From NCBI GenBank assembly GCA_964514925.1, contig CAZETX010000006.1, positions 10,922 through 74,921 on the forward strand: DNA of 64,000 nt, read 5' to 3'. Source of the stretch: an uncultured Marinosulfonomonas sp. GTDB lineage: Bacteria > Pseudomonadota > Alphaproteobacteria > Rhodobacterales > Rhodobacteraceae. This document shows positions 9,379-19,260 of the stretch, piece after piece (the first letter of the stretch is position 1; every line of letters begins with the position of its first letter). Position numbers and translations under genes: made by a program. Under the pieces are notes generated by a model. It saw only the letters and a program-made list of their open reading frames with translations, made no database searches and was not told the origin of the DNA.

Positions 9379-11930
9379 GCTTCAGAACTTTCAATCCAGG
9401 CATCAGAACCCGTTTGTGGCTGGCGCTTGCCCTGTTGGCCACCTCAACAATGTTTGTCGGTGCAATAGCCTGGTTCGCACTTGACCGCGCAAATACCCGG
9501 CTACAGGAACTGCACCAAAGCACCCTGACTGAAGTTGCGCGATCATTGCAACTGTCTAAACAATCCTCTGACATCGCTACCTCCGCTCCCTATTTGTTAA
9601 ATCTGGGGTCGGCCTATCTGATCCAGCGTGAGGGTCAGATATTGGTCGACACCCTTGAACCTGCGACGCAGGATTGGCCATCTGACAACGCTTTGTCGCC
9701 TTTTGCTGAAAATTCATTTGAACACGATATTGCAGTTGTGGTCCGCAAAATGAGGGGCGCAATCGCCGACATGATCGTGTCGGCAAAAAAGCTGAATCTG
9801 GAGCGCGACAAAACGATTGCCCTGAATGCCCGGCTTACACGTTTCGCAAGCCAAATGTACCTAAACTCAATCGAACCTGAATCCAGTATCGAAGAGCGTC
9901 GGACATGGCTGGCCCTGCAGGCAATGGCAAATGAACTGGTCGGCGCCGGTAACGCTGACAACCTGCTTGGTGTGGGGGAACATCGCAGAAAATTCCAAAT
10001 TATGACCAAGGGGTTTGAATTGCCCATGGCGACCAGTGCACAGGCCCAACAATTCACTGAATTAGCGAAATTTGTAACAGGTCAACGCAATCTTTTTGAG
10101 GTCCGCCGAGCAGAACTATCGCGTGTTCTAGAAAGCCAGAACGCGCTGTTCCGCATCCGGCTAAATGCGAATACAATCAGCGACCTGGCCGTGCAATTTG
10201 CAAAAAATGCAGAAACCAGCCTGTCCAATCAAAGGGAAGAAACCACCACCTTGATCGGGTTTGCCAAGGCCGCAATCATTATGGCGGGTCTTGGCAGTGT
10301 CACTGTGGCATTGATTTCAGCCTATTATGTCTCAGGTTATGTCACTGCCAACATTCGCGCCATTTCGGATGCGATGTTACGACTGGCGCAGGGTGACCGA
10401 AATGCTCACCTAAGACGTAAATCCACCAAAAATGATGAAATTGGTAAATTGCTGCAATCTTTTCGGGTCTTCCGGGCCAACGCCCTGCGCCTTGACCGAA
10501 GCAATCGGCAACTGAATCAGAAAAACACACTTTTCGAAAAAGTCTTTGCGAACATCACAGATGGCGTGGCCATCACAAATGATGCGGGTCAACTGACCGC
10601 GACCAATCCGACCTTCGGTAAGGTTTTGCATCTTGGACCAGATGGCGCGCCTACAAAATCCACAATTTCTGAGCTTTTGGCGCTAACAACATTTGCCGAA
10701 CAATCCAATCAGGCAGGTCTGGATTCCAACTTTTACGGCACCACCGAACTTCAAAACGAAAGCGGTCATTTTCTGGAAATCCGCTGCAACCGGCTGCCGG
10801 ACGGCGGTGCAGTCTGGCAGTTTTCTGATACAACTGAACGGCGGCAGATGGATGAACGTCTGCGCCAAATTCAACATATCGAAAGCCTTGGTAAAGTTAC
10901 CGGCGAAGTCGCCCATGACTTTGGTAACATCCTGTCGACAGTTTCATCCAATGTTCACCTGCTTGTTTCAGGTAGCAAACGGGAAAGCCGGAAAACTTTA
11001 CTGCAACGCATTGGCAACGCTGTTGATATCGGAACATCGCTTACCCAACGGCTGCTGGCCTTCGCACGCCAACAGGCGCTGCAACCAGAAGTCGTTGACC
11101 TGAACGGCTTAATCGCGGGATTGGCTGATTTAATTGAAATCGGATTAAAATCCGACGTCAGGCTGGAAACCATTATTTCAGAAAAGAATTTACCCGTTTT
11201 GGTAGACCCCGGACAGCTGGAAAGCGCAGTCTTAAATCTATGCTTGAACGCCAGTCAGGCAATTATAGGAAAAGGCGTCATTCAACTAACCGTAACAGAG
11301 GGCGCCAACAACTCCGCAACCGTTACTGTCAGCGATACCGGGCAAGGCATGGATGAAACAATACTGGCCCGCTCACTGGAGCCATTTTTTACGGCGCGAA
11401 GCGATGGTGAAGGCACGGGTCTGGGCCTGTCCATGGTGTATGGCTTCATCAAACAAACCGGCGGCGACATCCAGATTGACAGCAAAGTCGGAACAGGCAC
11501 GGATGTTTGCCTGACCTTTCCGCTTCACCAGAAACAAACCACCCCCGTCGCAACAGTGGGTCAAAACAATAATCTGGTCCTTGTGGTCGAAGATGATCCG
11601 AAATCTTTGTCAAATATATCTGATCTGCTTGGCAAGGCCGGTTACCACGTCAGCGAAGCAAATTCATTTGAAGCCGCTGAAGAAGCGTTGAAAAGTGACA
11701 GTGTATTCAGCGCAATGGTCACCGATTTACATTTGAACCAGGGTAAGTTGGGCTGGGCGCTTGCTGAAACCTGTTTACAGAACCGTCAGGGAATGAAGGT
11801 CGTGGTAACTTCGGGCCGGCTACCGGCCCAGAACCCGTTTGCAGACCAGCCAAATGCAAATGTCATATGTCTGGCCAAACCACTAAGTGCTGAAAAACTG
11901 TCCAACGTTCTGGCCGACGCAGCTGAATAA
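9375..11930 (+). CDS. Hybrid sensor histidine kinase/response regulator (2 TM, periplasmic sensor, HAMP, PAS, HisKA, HATPase_c, REC)
   Basis: 851-aa ORF with a GTG start that overlaps the regulator stop by 4 nt. H-box GEVAHDFGNILSTV, N-box LNLCLNASQA, G-boxes DTGQGMD and GTGLGLSMV, and C-terminal REC (LVLVVEDDP...VTDLHL). Confidence 0.9.
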   Translation: MSFRTFNPGIRTRLWLALALLATSTMFVGAIAWFALDRANTRLQELHQSTLTEVARSLQLSKQSSDIATSAPYLLNLGSAYLIQREGQILVDTLEPATQDWPSDNALSPFAENSFEHDIAVVVRKMRGAIADMIVSAKKLNLERDKTIALNARLTRFASQMYLNSIEPESSIEERRTWLALQAMANELVGAGNADNLLGVGEHRRKFQIMTKGFELPMATSAQAQQFTELAKFVTGQRNLFEVRRAELSRVLESQNALFRIRLNANTISDLAVQFAKNAETSLSNQREETTTLIGFAKAAIIMAGLGSVTVALISAYYVSGYVTANIRAISDAMLRLAQGDRNAHLRRKSTKNDEIGKLLQSFRVFRANALRLDRSNRQLNQKNTLFEKVFANITDGVAITNDAGQLTATNPTFGKVLHLGPDGAPTKSTISELLALTTFAEQSNQAGLDSNFYGTTELQNESGHFLEIRCNRLPDGGAVWQFSDTTERRQMDERLRQIQHIESLGKVTGEVAHDFGNILSTVSSNVHLLVSGSKRESRKTLLQRIGNAVDIGTSLTQRLLAFARQQALQPEVVDLNGLIAGLADLIEIGLKSDVRLETIISEKNLPVLVDPGQLESAVLNLCLNASQAIIGKGVIQLTVTEGANNSATVTVSDTGQGMDETILARSLEPFFTARSDGEGTGLGLSMVYGFIKQTGGDIQIDSKVGTGTDVCLTFPLHQKQTTPVATVGQNNNLVLVVEDDPKSLSNISDLLGKAGYHVSEANSFEAAEEALKSDSVFSAMVTDLHLNQGKLGWALAETCLQNRQGMKVVVTSGRLPAQNPFADQPNANVICLAKPLSAEKLSNVLADAAE

Positions 11931-11943
11931 CCCAACTTTGAAC

Positions 11944-11976
11944 AAAAACGGGCGACCCGGTGGATCGCCCGTTTTT
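11944..11976. terminator. Bidirectional intrinsic terminator between convergent genes
   Basis: Perfect 12-bp inverted repeat AAAAACGGGCGA / TCGCCCGTTTTT with a 9-nt loop. A-run and T-run flank the GC-rich stem on both strands. Confidence 0.8.
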
Positions 11977-11993
11977 AAATATTGTTCGCTTGT

Positions 11994-12509
11994 TTACACA
12001 ACAGATTTCTTGCGCCGTTTAAGTGCGCCAAAACCCAACAGGGCGCCAAGCAAAAGCGGCATCGCAGCTGGTACCGGAACCACCGACAGCGTCACATCAT
12101 TGAAATTGAAAATCGTCGCTCTGCGACCCCGTAGCGCCAACGAATGGAAGGTATTGCTAGTTTGGCCGCTCAGACGCAAGCCTGAAACGATCCCACCGGC
12201 AAAACTCATCGGGCTTAGTGAGCTAAGCAACCTGTTTGGCGTATTTCCATGTAAGACGGTGCTGAAAATATTGGTCCAAACTGAATCCAACAGGATATCA
12301 ATCCGAACATTATCAGTGCCTCCATTATGTGCATGGAAGAGACCAGATCCACTTATCGACGACAATTCACTGGACTCAAAACCAGTAAAAAATATTGTTC
12401 TGGAACCAGGCCCGACACTGCTGGAACCGGTCCAATTAACCGGTGCAGCCGCCACCGACCCTGCCAATGCAACTGTCAGTGCCATCGCAGTCGTAATTTT
12501 TTTAATCAT
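11994..12509 (-). CDS. VPLPA-CTERM (PEP-CTERM variant) sorting-domain secreted protein
   Basis: 171-aa ORF with signal peptide MIKKITTAMALTVALAGSVAAAP. The C terminus VVPVPAAMPLLLGALLGFGALKRRKK has the motif, TM helix and basic cluster typical of exosortase substrates. Confidence 0.8.
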   Translation of the reverse strand: MIKKITTAMALTVALAGSVAAAPVNWTGSSSVGPGSRTIFFTGFESSELSSISGSGLFHAHNGGTDNVRIDILLDSVWTNIFSTVLHGNTPNRLLSSLSPMSFAGGIVSGLRLSGQTSNTFHSLALRGRRATIFNFNDVTLSVVPVPAAMPLLLGALLGFGALKRRKKSVV

Positions 12510-12730
12510 TTTCCACCCCTATTAAATAAAATATACCCACCGCAATACGACATTTCAGTTCTAATTTTGTCAACTAATATCCTTTGTTCAGGGCGTGAAT
12601 TGACTGTTTCCAATCTGGATACAAACGCCGTGCAGGCACCCGGATTTTCTAATTTTCAGCGCCTGATTTTCAAAACCACGATTTAGTTGCGCCTTGCTTT
12701 CCCGGCCACGTATCGCCAAATAACTGCAAA

Positions 12731-12985
12731 ATGTTGGCAAATCTTACACTCATTGACTGGATCGGGGTTTTGGGGTCCTTCACCATCGCGGCGGCATACC
12801 TGGCCGTATCACGCAACTGGGTAGAAGCGACGCGCCCGGCTTTCAATATTATTAATCTTACCGGTGCCTTGATGATCCTGTTGTCGCTTTGGTATCGACC
12901 AAACCCGGGCGCCATCACAATGGAATTGCTTTGGGTCGCCATCGCGCTTGCCGCATTGTTGCGGTATTTTTTCAACCCAAAGTAA
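12731..12985 (+). CDS. Small three-helix membrane protein (possibly CBU_0592-type family)
   Basis: 84-aa hydrophobic ORF (WIGVLGSFTIAAAYLAV..., FNIINLTGALMILLSLW..., ELLWVAIALAALLRYF). The family assignment is tentative. Confidence 0.5.
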   Translation: MLANLTLIDWIGVLGSFTIAAAYLAVSRNWVEATRPAFNIINLTGALMILLSLWYRPNPGAITMELLWVAIALAALLRYFFNPK

Positions 12986-13092
12986 TCTCTGCCATCCCAA
13001 AAATGCTACAATAACCAGCAACACCAGATTGTTTTTTGCCCTGACTGCAAACAGACCATTGAATTCACCCAAATAGTCGCCATCCTGCGCCC

Positions 13093-13707
13093 ATGGATGC
13101 AATACTCTATTCCTTTCGCCGATGCCCCTACGCCATGCGCGCCCGCCTGGCGCTGGCCAGCGCTCAGATATCTGTTGAACATCGTGAAATCCTGTTGCGC
13201 GACAAACCCGCCCCAATGCTGCAAGCCTCGCCCAAGGGAACTGTTCCGGTACTGATTACAGCGACCGATGTAATCGACGAAAGTCTTGATATCATGCATT
13301 GGGCACTGGCCCAGAATGACCCGGAATACTGGTTGGATATCCCTAAGGCGGGCCATGACCTTATTGCGCTAACGGAAACCCGGTTCAAACCATCGCTGGA
13401 CCGTTACAAATACGCCCGTCGCATTCAAGGCGCGTTGCCGGAACAAGACCGCTCGGATGGTGCTGAATTTCTGGCCGAACTAAACCAGTTGCTACATGGC
13501 CAACCCTATTTGTTCGGCCCTGATCCCCGGCTGCCCGATATGGCGATCCTGACTTTCGTGCGGCAATTCGCCCATGTCGATCTGGGCTGGTTTCTGGATC
13601 AGCCCTGGCCAGATCTGATCCGCTGGCTTGAAGATTTCAAAGCCTCGGATCGTTTCAAAAATGTCATGCAGAAATACCCGGTATGGGTGCCGGAACCGAC
13701 AAGCTAA
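13093..13707 (+). CDS. Glutathione S-transferase family protein
   Basis: 204-aa ORF with a thioredoxin-like N-terminal GST domain (LYSFRRCPYAMRARLAL...SPKGTVPVL) and a helical C-terminal domain. Confidence 0.75.
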   Translation: MDAILYSFRRCPYAMRARLALASAQISVEHREILLRDKPAPMLQASPKGTVPVLITATDVIDESLDIMHWALAQNDPEYWLDIPKAGHDLIALTETRFKPSLDRYKYARRIQGALPEQDRSDGAEFLAELNQLLHGQPYLFGPDPRLPDMAILTFVRQFAHVDLGWFLDQPWPDLIRWLEDFKASDRFKNVMQKYPVWVPEPTS

Positions 13708-13718
13708 CGGTCAAATAA

Positions 13719-14705
13719 CTATGCCAACAGGGGCATAATCGTTGCGTCATCATAGTTTGATCCGCACAGCACAACCACGCTGGTCTGGCCCTGCAACCTC
13801 TCGGCAATCTGCTCAAACCCGGCCAGCGCCAACGCCGCTGCCCCCTCAACCAATTGGTGTTCCTCCAAGGCCAAACGCCGCAGGCTGGCAGCAATCTCGG
13901 CTTCTGTACAGGTCACCACCTCATCCACAATCTCCAATACCAGCGCCATGGTTACACTGTCCCGGTCAACACCCCCGGCAATACCGTCGGCTAAGGTTTC
14001 CAGATGTTCAGTCTCCACAACTTTTCCGGCGCGGATTGACGCGGCAAGGGTATCCGAATGTTGCGCTGCAACGCCAATTATCCGGGTTTCAGGGTGAAAC
14101 ACTTTGAAAACCGCACCGATGCCGGAAATCAACCCCCCGCCGCCCATGGCAACAAATACATTATCGATATGGTCGCATTGGTTTAGCAACTCAACACCAA
14201 TGCTCCCCTGCCCGGCAATGATATCAGGATCATTATAGGGCGACACATAGGTCAGAGCTTCGGTTTGCGCCGCCATCTGCCGGGCGATCTGCTCAGAAAC
14301 TCCGGATTCAGCCCCCTGCAATTTCACCGTCACGCCATAGGTCTTGATCTTTGCCAACTTTGCGGGTGCCACCGTTTCCGGCAAGACAACCGTTAGGTCC
14401 AGACCGTATTTTGCCGCCGCCCGGGACGCTGCAATTCCGTGGTTGCCCGAACTTGCCGTGATCAGCGCGCCCGCCCCTTCCTTAGCCATTATTGCCATTT
14501 TATTGCTGGCACCACGAAATTTGAACGAACCGGTATACTGGAAATTTTCGGCCTTAAACCGTAAATCCACGCCATAGGCCGGCCCAACCGACTTAGAGGG
14601 TATCAGAGGCGTTTCATAAATATCCTCTGCAATCCGCTGACGGGCCCGCACGGCACTATCGGCCGTTGTGCGAACGGTGATCGGCGTGGATTTATCATAG
14701 GGCAT
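13719..14705 (-). CDS. PLP-dependent serine/threonine dehydratase-family enzyme (Trp-synthase beta-like fold)
   Basis: 328-aa ORF with PLP-lysine motif ENFQYTGSFKFRGASNK and glycine loop MGGGGLISG. It has no C-terminal ACT-like regulatory domain. Confidence 0.8.
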   Translation of the reverse strand: MPYDKSTPITVRTTADSAVRARQRIAEDIYETPLIPSKSVGPAYGVDLRFKAENFQYTGSFKFRGASNKMAIMAKEGAGALITASSGNHGIAASRAAAKYGLDLTVVLPETVAPAKLAKIKTYGVTVKLQGAESGVSEQIARQMAAQTEALTYVSPYNDPDIIAGQGSIGVELLNQCDHIDNVFVAMGGGGLISGIGAVFKVFHPETRIIGVAAQHSDTLAASIRAGKVVETEHLETLADGIAGGVDRDSVTMALVLEIVDEVVTCTEAEIAASLRRLALEEHQLVEGAAALALAGFEQIAERLQGQTSVVVLCGSNYDDATIMPLLA

Positions 14706-14789
14706 TTTTGGTATTCCTGTATATTTTCAATCTTTACTCTGCGGGTTTATACCTTTCCGGACAAGGGTGATATCGGTTACCGGAACAGG

Positions 14790-15956
14790 TTATTTCAACA
14801 CCTGCTCACCAGTGACATTATCAGCCAATTCCTCTGGATCCATCGTCGCCAAATGCCCACTGATCCGCGCCAGCCCTTCGGTCAGCACATCGGTTGCGTT
14901 CGCATATCCAATCCGCAAATACCCCTCCATATCCAGCGCGCTGCCCGGTGTCAGCATCACACCGGTTTTTTCCAGCAAGCCCGTGCAAAATTTACGTGAT
15001 GACATGTTGAAATCGTATTTCAGCAGCGCAACCGTCGCCGATTGCGGTTTTACATAACTTATCCGGGGTTCCTGTTTAACCCAGGCATCCAGAATACCCA
15101 GATTTCTTCGGGTAATACCCTGCGAACGCGCAATAATTTTATCCCGGCAATCCAGTGCCATACTGGCAAAGTAATCGTCGATGATGCTGACACTGATGGT
15201 ATTGTAATCCCGATGGATCGACACTGCCCTGATCACCTCCAGCGGTGCCACGATCCAGCCCAACCGCAATCCGGCCAGTGAAAACGTCTTTGACATTCCC
15301 GCCGTGCTGATCCCTTTTTCGTATAAATCCGCAACTGAAACGCTAAAACCATCCCCCACCTGATCGGTACCGCGATATACCTCATCCGATAGTATATAAG
15401 CCCCACAATCGCGTGCGATACCCACGATCCCCTGCAACATATCCGGACCAATCAACGCACCTGTGGGATTGTTCGGATTGGTCAGACTGATCAATCGGGT
15501 TGTGGGCCGTACCAGCCCGCGCAACTCCTCCAAATCAGGCAGAAATCCATTTTCCTCACGCAATCGCAATATGCTGACATCCGCCCCCAGACTTTCAGGG
15601 ATGGAATAATGCTGCTGATAGGTGGGCAGCACCGATACAACATGATCCCCCTGGCTTACCAACGTCTGATACAACAGCGCATTGGCCCCGATTGTACCAT
15701 GTGTCACCACAGTATTCTCGCGTTTCTGACGGGCATAAAGCCCACAGATATTATCCCGCAGCCGGTCAGACCCTTCAATCGCCCCATAGGTCATTTTCAT
15801 CTGTAAAAGATCGCCCAGACCGGCATCATTTTTTCCTGCCATCAGCATTAACTGCTCAAGACTAAGGGATTGTACACAGGTCTCCGCCAAATTGAATTCA
15901 CAAAGGTTTTCAAATTCGTTCATCCAGATCTCAACGCCAAATTCACTGATTTGCAT
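14790..15956 (-). CDS. Class I/II PLP-dependent aminotransferase
   Basis: 388-aa ORF with NPNNPTG and SKTFSLAGLRLGW (PLP lysine) motifs. Confidence 0.85.
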   Translation of the reverse strand: MQISEFGVEIWMNEFENLCEFNLAETCVQSLSLEQLMLMAGKNDAGLGDLLQMKMTYGAIEGSDRLRDNICGLYARQKRENTVVTHGTIGANALLYQTLVSQGDHVVSVLPTYQQHYSIPESLGADVSILRLREENGFLPDLEELRGLVRPTTRLISLTNPNNPTGALIGPDMLQGIVGIARDCGAYILSDEVYRGTDQVGDGFSVSVADLYEKGISTAGMSKTFSLAGLRLGWIVAPLEVIRAVSIHRDYNTISVSIIDDYFASMALDCRDKIIARSQGITRRNLGILDAWVKQEPRISYVKPQSATVALLKYDFNMSSRKFCTGLLEKTGVMLTPGSALDMEGYLRIGYANATDVLTEGLARISGHLATMDPEELADNVTGEQVLK

Positions 15957-16132
15957 TTTTCACTTCCCTCAGATTTTCCTGTGCAGCAAAAGCAACTGTT
16001 TCCAACCCCACAAACAAATGCAAGTCAGAATTGCCCGTGAAAATCCCTATCCGATTGCGTTCGCGCCAAATTCTGACAACAATGGCAACCGCACCAGCTA
16101 TTTTTCACCGCTACGCAGGACCATGTTAAAAT

Positions 16133-17194
16133 ATGTCATATCCCGCCGGTCCCAGTGTCACCTATATTTTCAACGCCCGGATTAGCGATATTTCGGCGAA
16201 AATCATCGCCCGGGAACTTTCTGCAATCGCAGGAACATGCCGCCCCAATATCATTGCCTTTGACGGTCAAAGCCCAAATGCAAACCCGCTTTCAACAGCG
16301 CTGGAAGACACTTTGTTGCAACTGGGTCTGCAGGTGCAGCGGGAACAGACAGCGATCAGCGCCGAAACGGTGATCCTTCACACCCCCCTTACATTGGCCA
16401 ATGACGGGTTTTCAGACCTGAATATCGTTACCCGGAATTTAATTGTCGTTGCCGATGAATGTTTCTTTCGCCCGGGTGGCGTACCGGCCTTTGATGTCGA
16501 CGATTGCCTGTCCCGGATTGACCACAACACACTGGCACTTCGTAAAACCGTCGCCCCTGTATCACCGGCATGCCGCGCATCTGTAAAAAAATGGCTGGCC
16601 CGGGGTAACAATTCCAAAATCTGGTCAATCAGCCCGGATGACTGGCTGCCAATTTGCGATTTTGAACTGCAAAAGCCCGGCAAATCTCCGCGCGACCGGC
16701 GCGCGCGACGTTCGCCACCTGATCTGCAGTATTTCCCCAATGACGCCGATCTTGCCCTGATGTTTCCGTCCCATGCCGAAAAAAACACAATCGTCGGTGC
16801 CCAACATTTTGGCCCACACAATCCAGCAAAGCCGTTCTGGAACCTATCCATGCCCGATAACGCCAATGATGCTCCCTATTTCGGTACGTTTGATTTCATG
16901 GTGTATTTTACCTCGCCCAATTGGTGCGAATGTTTTTCTTACGAAGTTATGCGCACCATCGCAGCTGGTAAACTTGTCATATCGGACGCTGAAACGGCCA
17001 TTGATTACAACGGCGCCATCTTCCCGGCCACCCCCGGCAAGGTTGACGGTATCATTGCCGGGTATATCGCCGATCCGGAAAGCTATACAAAACAGATCAT
17101 ACGCGCCCAGCAGACATTGCAGCACTTCACCCCCGAAAGATTTCGAAGCATGTTCGTTAACGCCTGTGCCCACAAAAATCCGGGCACCCCATGA
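16133..17194 (+). CDS. Hypothetical protein with GT4-like (GT-B) glycosyltransferase C-terminal half
   Basis: 353-aa ORF. The C-terminal FDFMVYFTSPNWCECFSYEVMRTIAAGKLVISD resembles the E-x7-E region of GT4 enzymes, but with Arg at the second Glu position. It overlaps the next gene by 4 nt. Confidence 0.45.
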   Translation: MSYPAGPSVTYIFNARISDISAKIIARELSAIAGTCRPNIIAFDGQSPNANPLSTALEDTLLQLGLQVQREQTAISAETVILHTPLTLANDGFSDLNIVTRNLIVVADECFFRPGGVPAFDVDDCLSRIDHNTLALRKTVAPVSPACRASVKKWLARGNNSKIWSISPDDWLPICDFELQKPGKSPRDRRARRSPPDLQYFPNDADLALMFPSHAEKNTIVGAQHFGPHNPAKPFWNLSMPDNANDAPYFGTFDFMVYFTSPNWCECFSYEVMRTIAAGKLVISDAETAIDYNGAIFPATPGKVDGIIAGYIADPESYTKQIIRAQQTLQHFTPERFRSMFVNACAHKNPGTP

Positions 17195-19260
17195 TCCTGA
17201 TCCAAGCCGCCGGACAAATGGCCTCTGACTTTGATGCCAAGGTGGTGTTTGCTACACAACTGGCCGCACAGGGCTATAATGTTCTGATTGATGAAACCAC
17301 GGCACCCGAAAAACTGTCCCGCAGTCGCACATATGCAGCCGCCCCGTTTCTTAGCCCGGTCAGAACAGATGATGTTTCCAATGTCGTGGTCATTGGTGCC
17401 GAGAATATCTCTGACGACACACTAAGGGTGTTGCGTGGCTACAATCTGCCCGGGCAAGTACCGGTTCATTTAGCAGGGAACTTCCCGACAGCACAGGCCG
17501 CTCTGTGGTCTGCCTCACAGGTGGCATATGCCACCAACCATGAACCAAACATCGTCAACCTGACAGACCTGCAGCCCAGACCGCTCATAGCGCCTTCAGT
17601 TTCGCCAATATTTGGCGTTGAAGGTGCAACAGGTGCTTTTGCCAGCGATCAGATTAATTTGTTTGTCTACCTGCCGCCGGTCCTTCTGGAAGATCGCGCC
17701 AACTTGCTATCCCTTAGTAAACTGGCCGGGCATGCCGGGCTAAAGTGCAATCTGTTGACCAATGCCAAAGGCATTAAACTGATCCGGGAAGCCCGGTACG
17801 AAACCATTCGGGCCTACAACTACCTTGAATTTTCGCCCGCTACGCTTGCGCAAATTGCCGACATTGCTGCAAATTTCGGGCCCAACAAACCAGCCGAACG
17901 CATTGCGATATTTGCGGCAAACCTGATCCAGCGCGGTGGCATATTTGTTGATTGCTCAAACACCGGCACCCTGACCAAAAACGGTGCACCGATTATGCGT
18001 GGGGCAACCGATTTGGGCGAATTTGTCAGCACATTTCATGATCGGATTTTTTCCAAACGCCAAGAGATCAGCCAAAAGCTTCTCAACGATCCATGGCGGC
18101 AACAAAACGCTTTAACCAACCTTGAAAACGCCCTGTTTCGCGACACCAGCCCACCTAAAAAATCAGCCAAACCACCGCACTCCAAAATGCGGTACATATT
18201 TTTGCCCACCAATGGTGTCGGCCTTGGACATGCTCAGCGCAGTTCGGTCATCGCATCGGGCATCACACCCCAAAGCGATTGCGTTTTTGCAGCTTCTTCC
18301 AGCTGTATTCCGATGTTGCGCTCCAAGGGATTTGATTGTGTCCCCCTCACCGCGAAAAGTGACGCCCACCGCAACAGTTTTGCCAATGATTTGTTCAACT
18401 ACCTGAAATTACGCAATTTTATTAAGGGAACAGACCAGCTAATCTTTGATGGCGGTTATATCTTTGACTCCATTTACCGCACTCTGATTGAAAATCAGCT
18501 TTGCGCAACATGGATACGGCGCGGCCTCTGGCAAGATGGTCAAGCCAACCCGATAACTGCCGAGCGCGCCCACCTGTTTGATCAGATTATTATCCCCGGT
18601 GAAGCGTTTCCCGAATTAAATGCTGCCAATATCTATGACCAAAAAATCCATAATGTCGGTCCGATCGTTCAGCAGGTCAACCCGGATGAAATGGATAGCA
18701 AAGGCCTTAGAAAGCAGCTTCAAAAACGCTTTGACCGGGAATTTTCACAAATGGCGGTCACCATGCTCGGGGCCGGTTTCCGGGGTGATCGTACACAAAA
18801 TCTGCAAATTATCTGTAATCTGTTTGAACGTCAGAAAAATGCCGTCAATCTTGTTGTTGTCTGGCCAAACGCGGTCATTTCACCGTTTCTTTATGGGTTC
18901 AGGAACACGGTTGTTGTGAAAGCCAGGAACGCACTTGCCCTGTGCATGGCCAGCGATTTTGTTATTTCGGCCACCGGCTACAATTCCTTTCACGAATTGC
19001 TCTACCATGGCATTCCGGCAATTTTCGTGCCCCAGCACGCGACTTTGGATGATCAGGAACGCCGCGCCCGCGCCGCCTCCGAGCGCGATCTAGCTGTTAC
19101 CGTTCCGGCGTCAGAGCTATTGCTGTTTGAAAAAACAGTATCAGCGTTTTTGAATGACGGCGCAGGCGACACCATCCGAAAACAACTGCAAAAATACCGG
19201 TTTCCGGCCACCGGGAACCAGTCGGCAGCCAAATTTATCCGTCAGGGGGCCCCAAAATGA
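17191..19260 (+). CDS. Large GT-B glycosyltransferase-like protein (C-terminal MurG/PseG-like module, N-terminal ~330 aa unassigned)
   Basis: 689-aa ORF with glycine loop PTNGVGLGHAQRS and donor-binding half ISATGYNSFHELLYHGIPAIFVPQ. ATGA overlaps join it to both neighbouring ORFs. Confidence 0.55.
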   Translation: MILIQAAGQMASDFDAKVVFATQLAAQGYNVLIDETTAPEKLSRSRTYAAAPFLSPVRTDDVSNVVVIGAENISDDTLRVLRGYNLPGQVPVHLAGNFPTAQAALWSASQVAYATNHEPNIVNLTDLQPRPLIAPSVSPIFGVEGATGAFASDQINLFVYLPPVLLEDRANLLSLSKLAGHAGLKCNLLTNAKGIKLIREARYETIRAYNYLEFSPATLAQIADIAANFGPNKPAERIAIFAANLIQRGGIFVDCSNTGTLTKNGAPIMRGATDLGEFVSTFHDRIFSKRQEISQKLLNDPWRQQNALTNLENALFRDTSPPKKSAKPPHSKMRYIFLPTNGVGLGHAQRSSVIASGITPQSDCVFAASSSCIPMLRSKGFDCVPLTAKSDAHRNSFANDLFNYLKLRNFIKGTDQLIFDGGYIFDSIYRTLIENQLCATWIRRGLWQDGQANPITAERAHLFDQIIIPGEAFPELNAANIYDQKIHNVGPIVQQVNPDEMDSKGLRKQLQKRFDREFSQMAVTMLGAGFRGDRTQNLQIICNLFERQKNAVNLVVVWPNAVISPFLYGFRNTVVVKARNALALCMASDFVISATGYNSFHELLYHGIPAIFVPQHATLDDQERRARAASERDLAVTVPASELLLFEKTVSAFLNDGAGDTIRKQLQKYRFPATGNQSAAKFIRQGAPK

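Noticed and set aside
12670-12975. 101-aa minus-strand ORF overlapping the small membrane protein gene; also the 212-aa plus-strand ORF 11887..12525 opposite the VPLPA-CTERM gene
   Set aside because: The chosen strands give proteins with coherent features: three hydrophobic helices for one, and a signal peptide plus CTERM sorting signal for the other. The competing ORFs are featureless.
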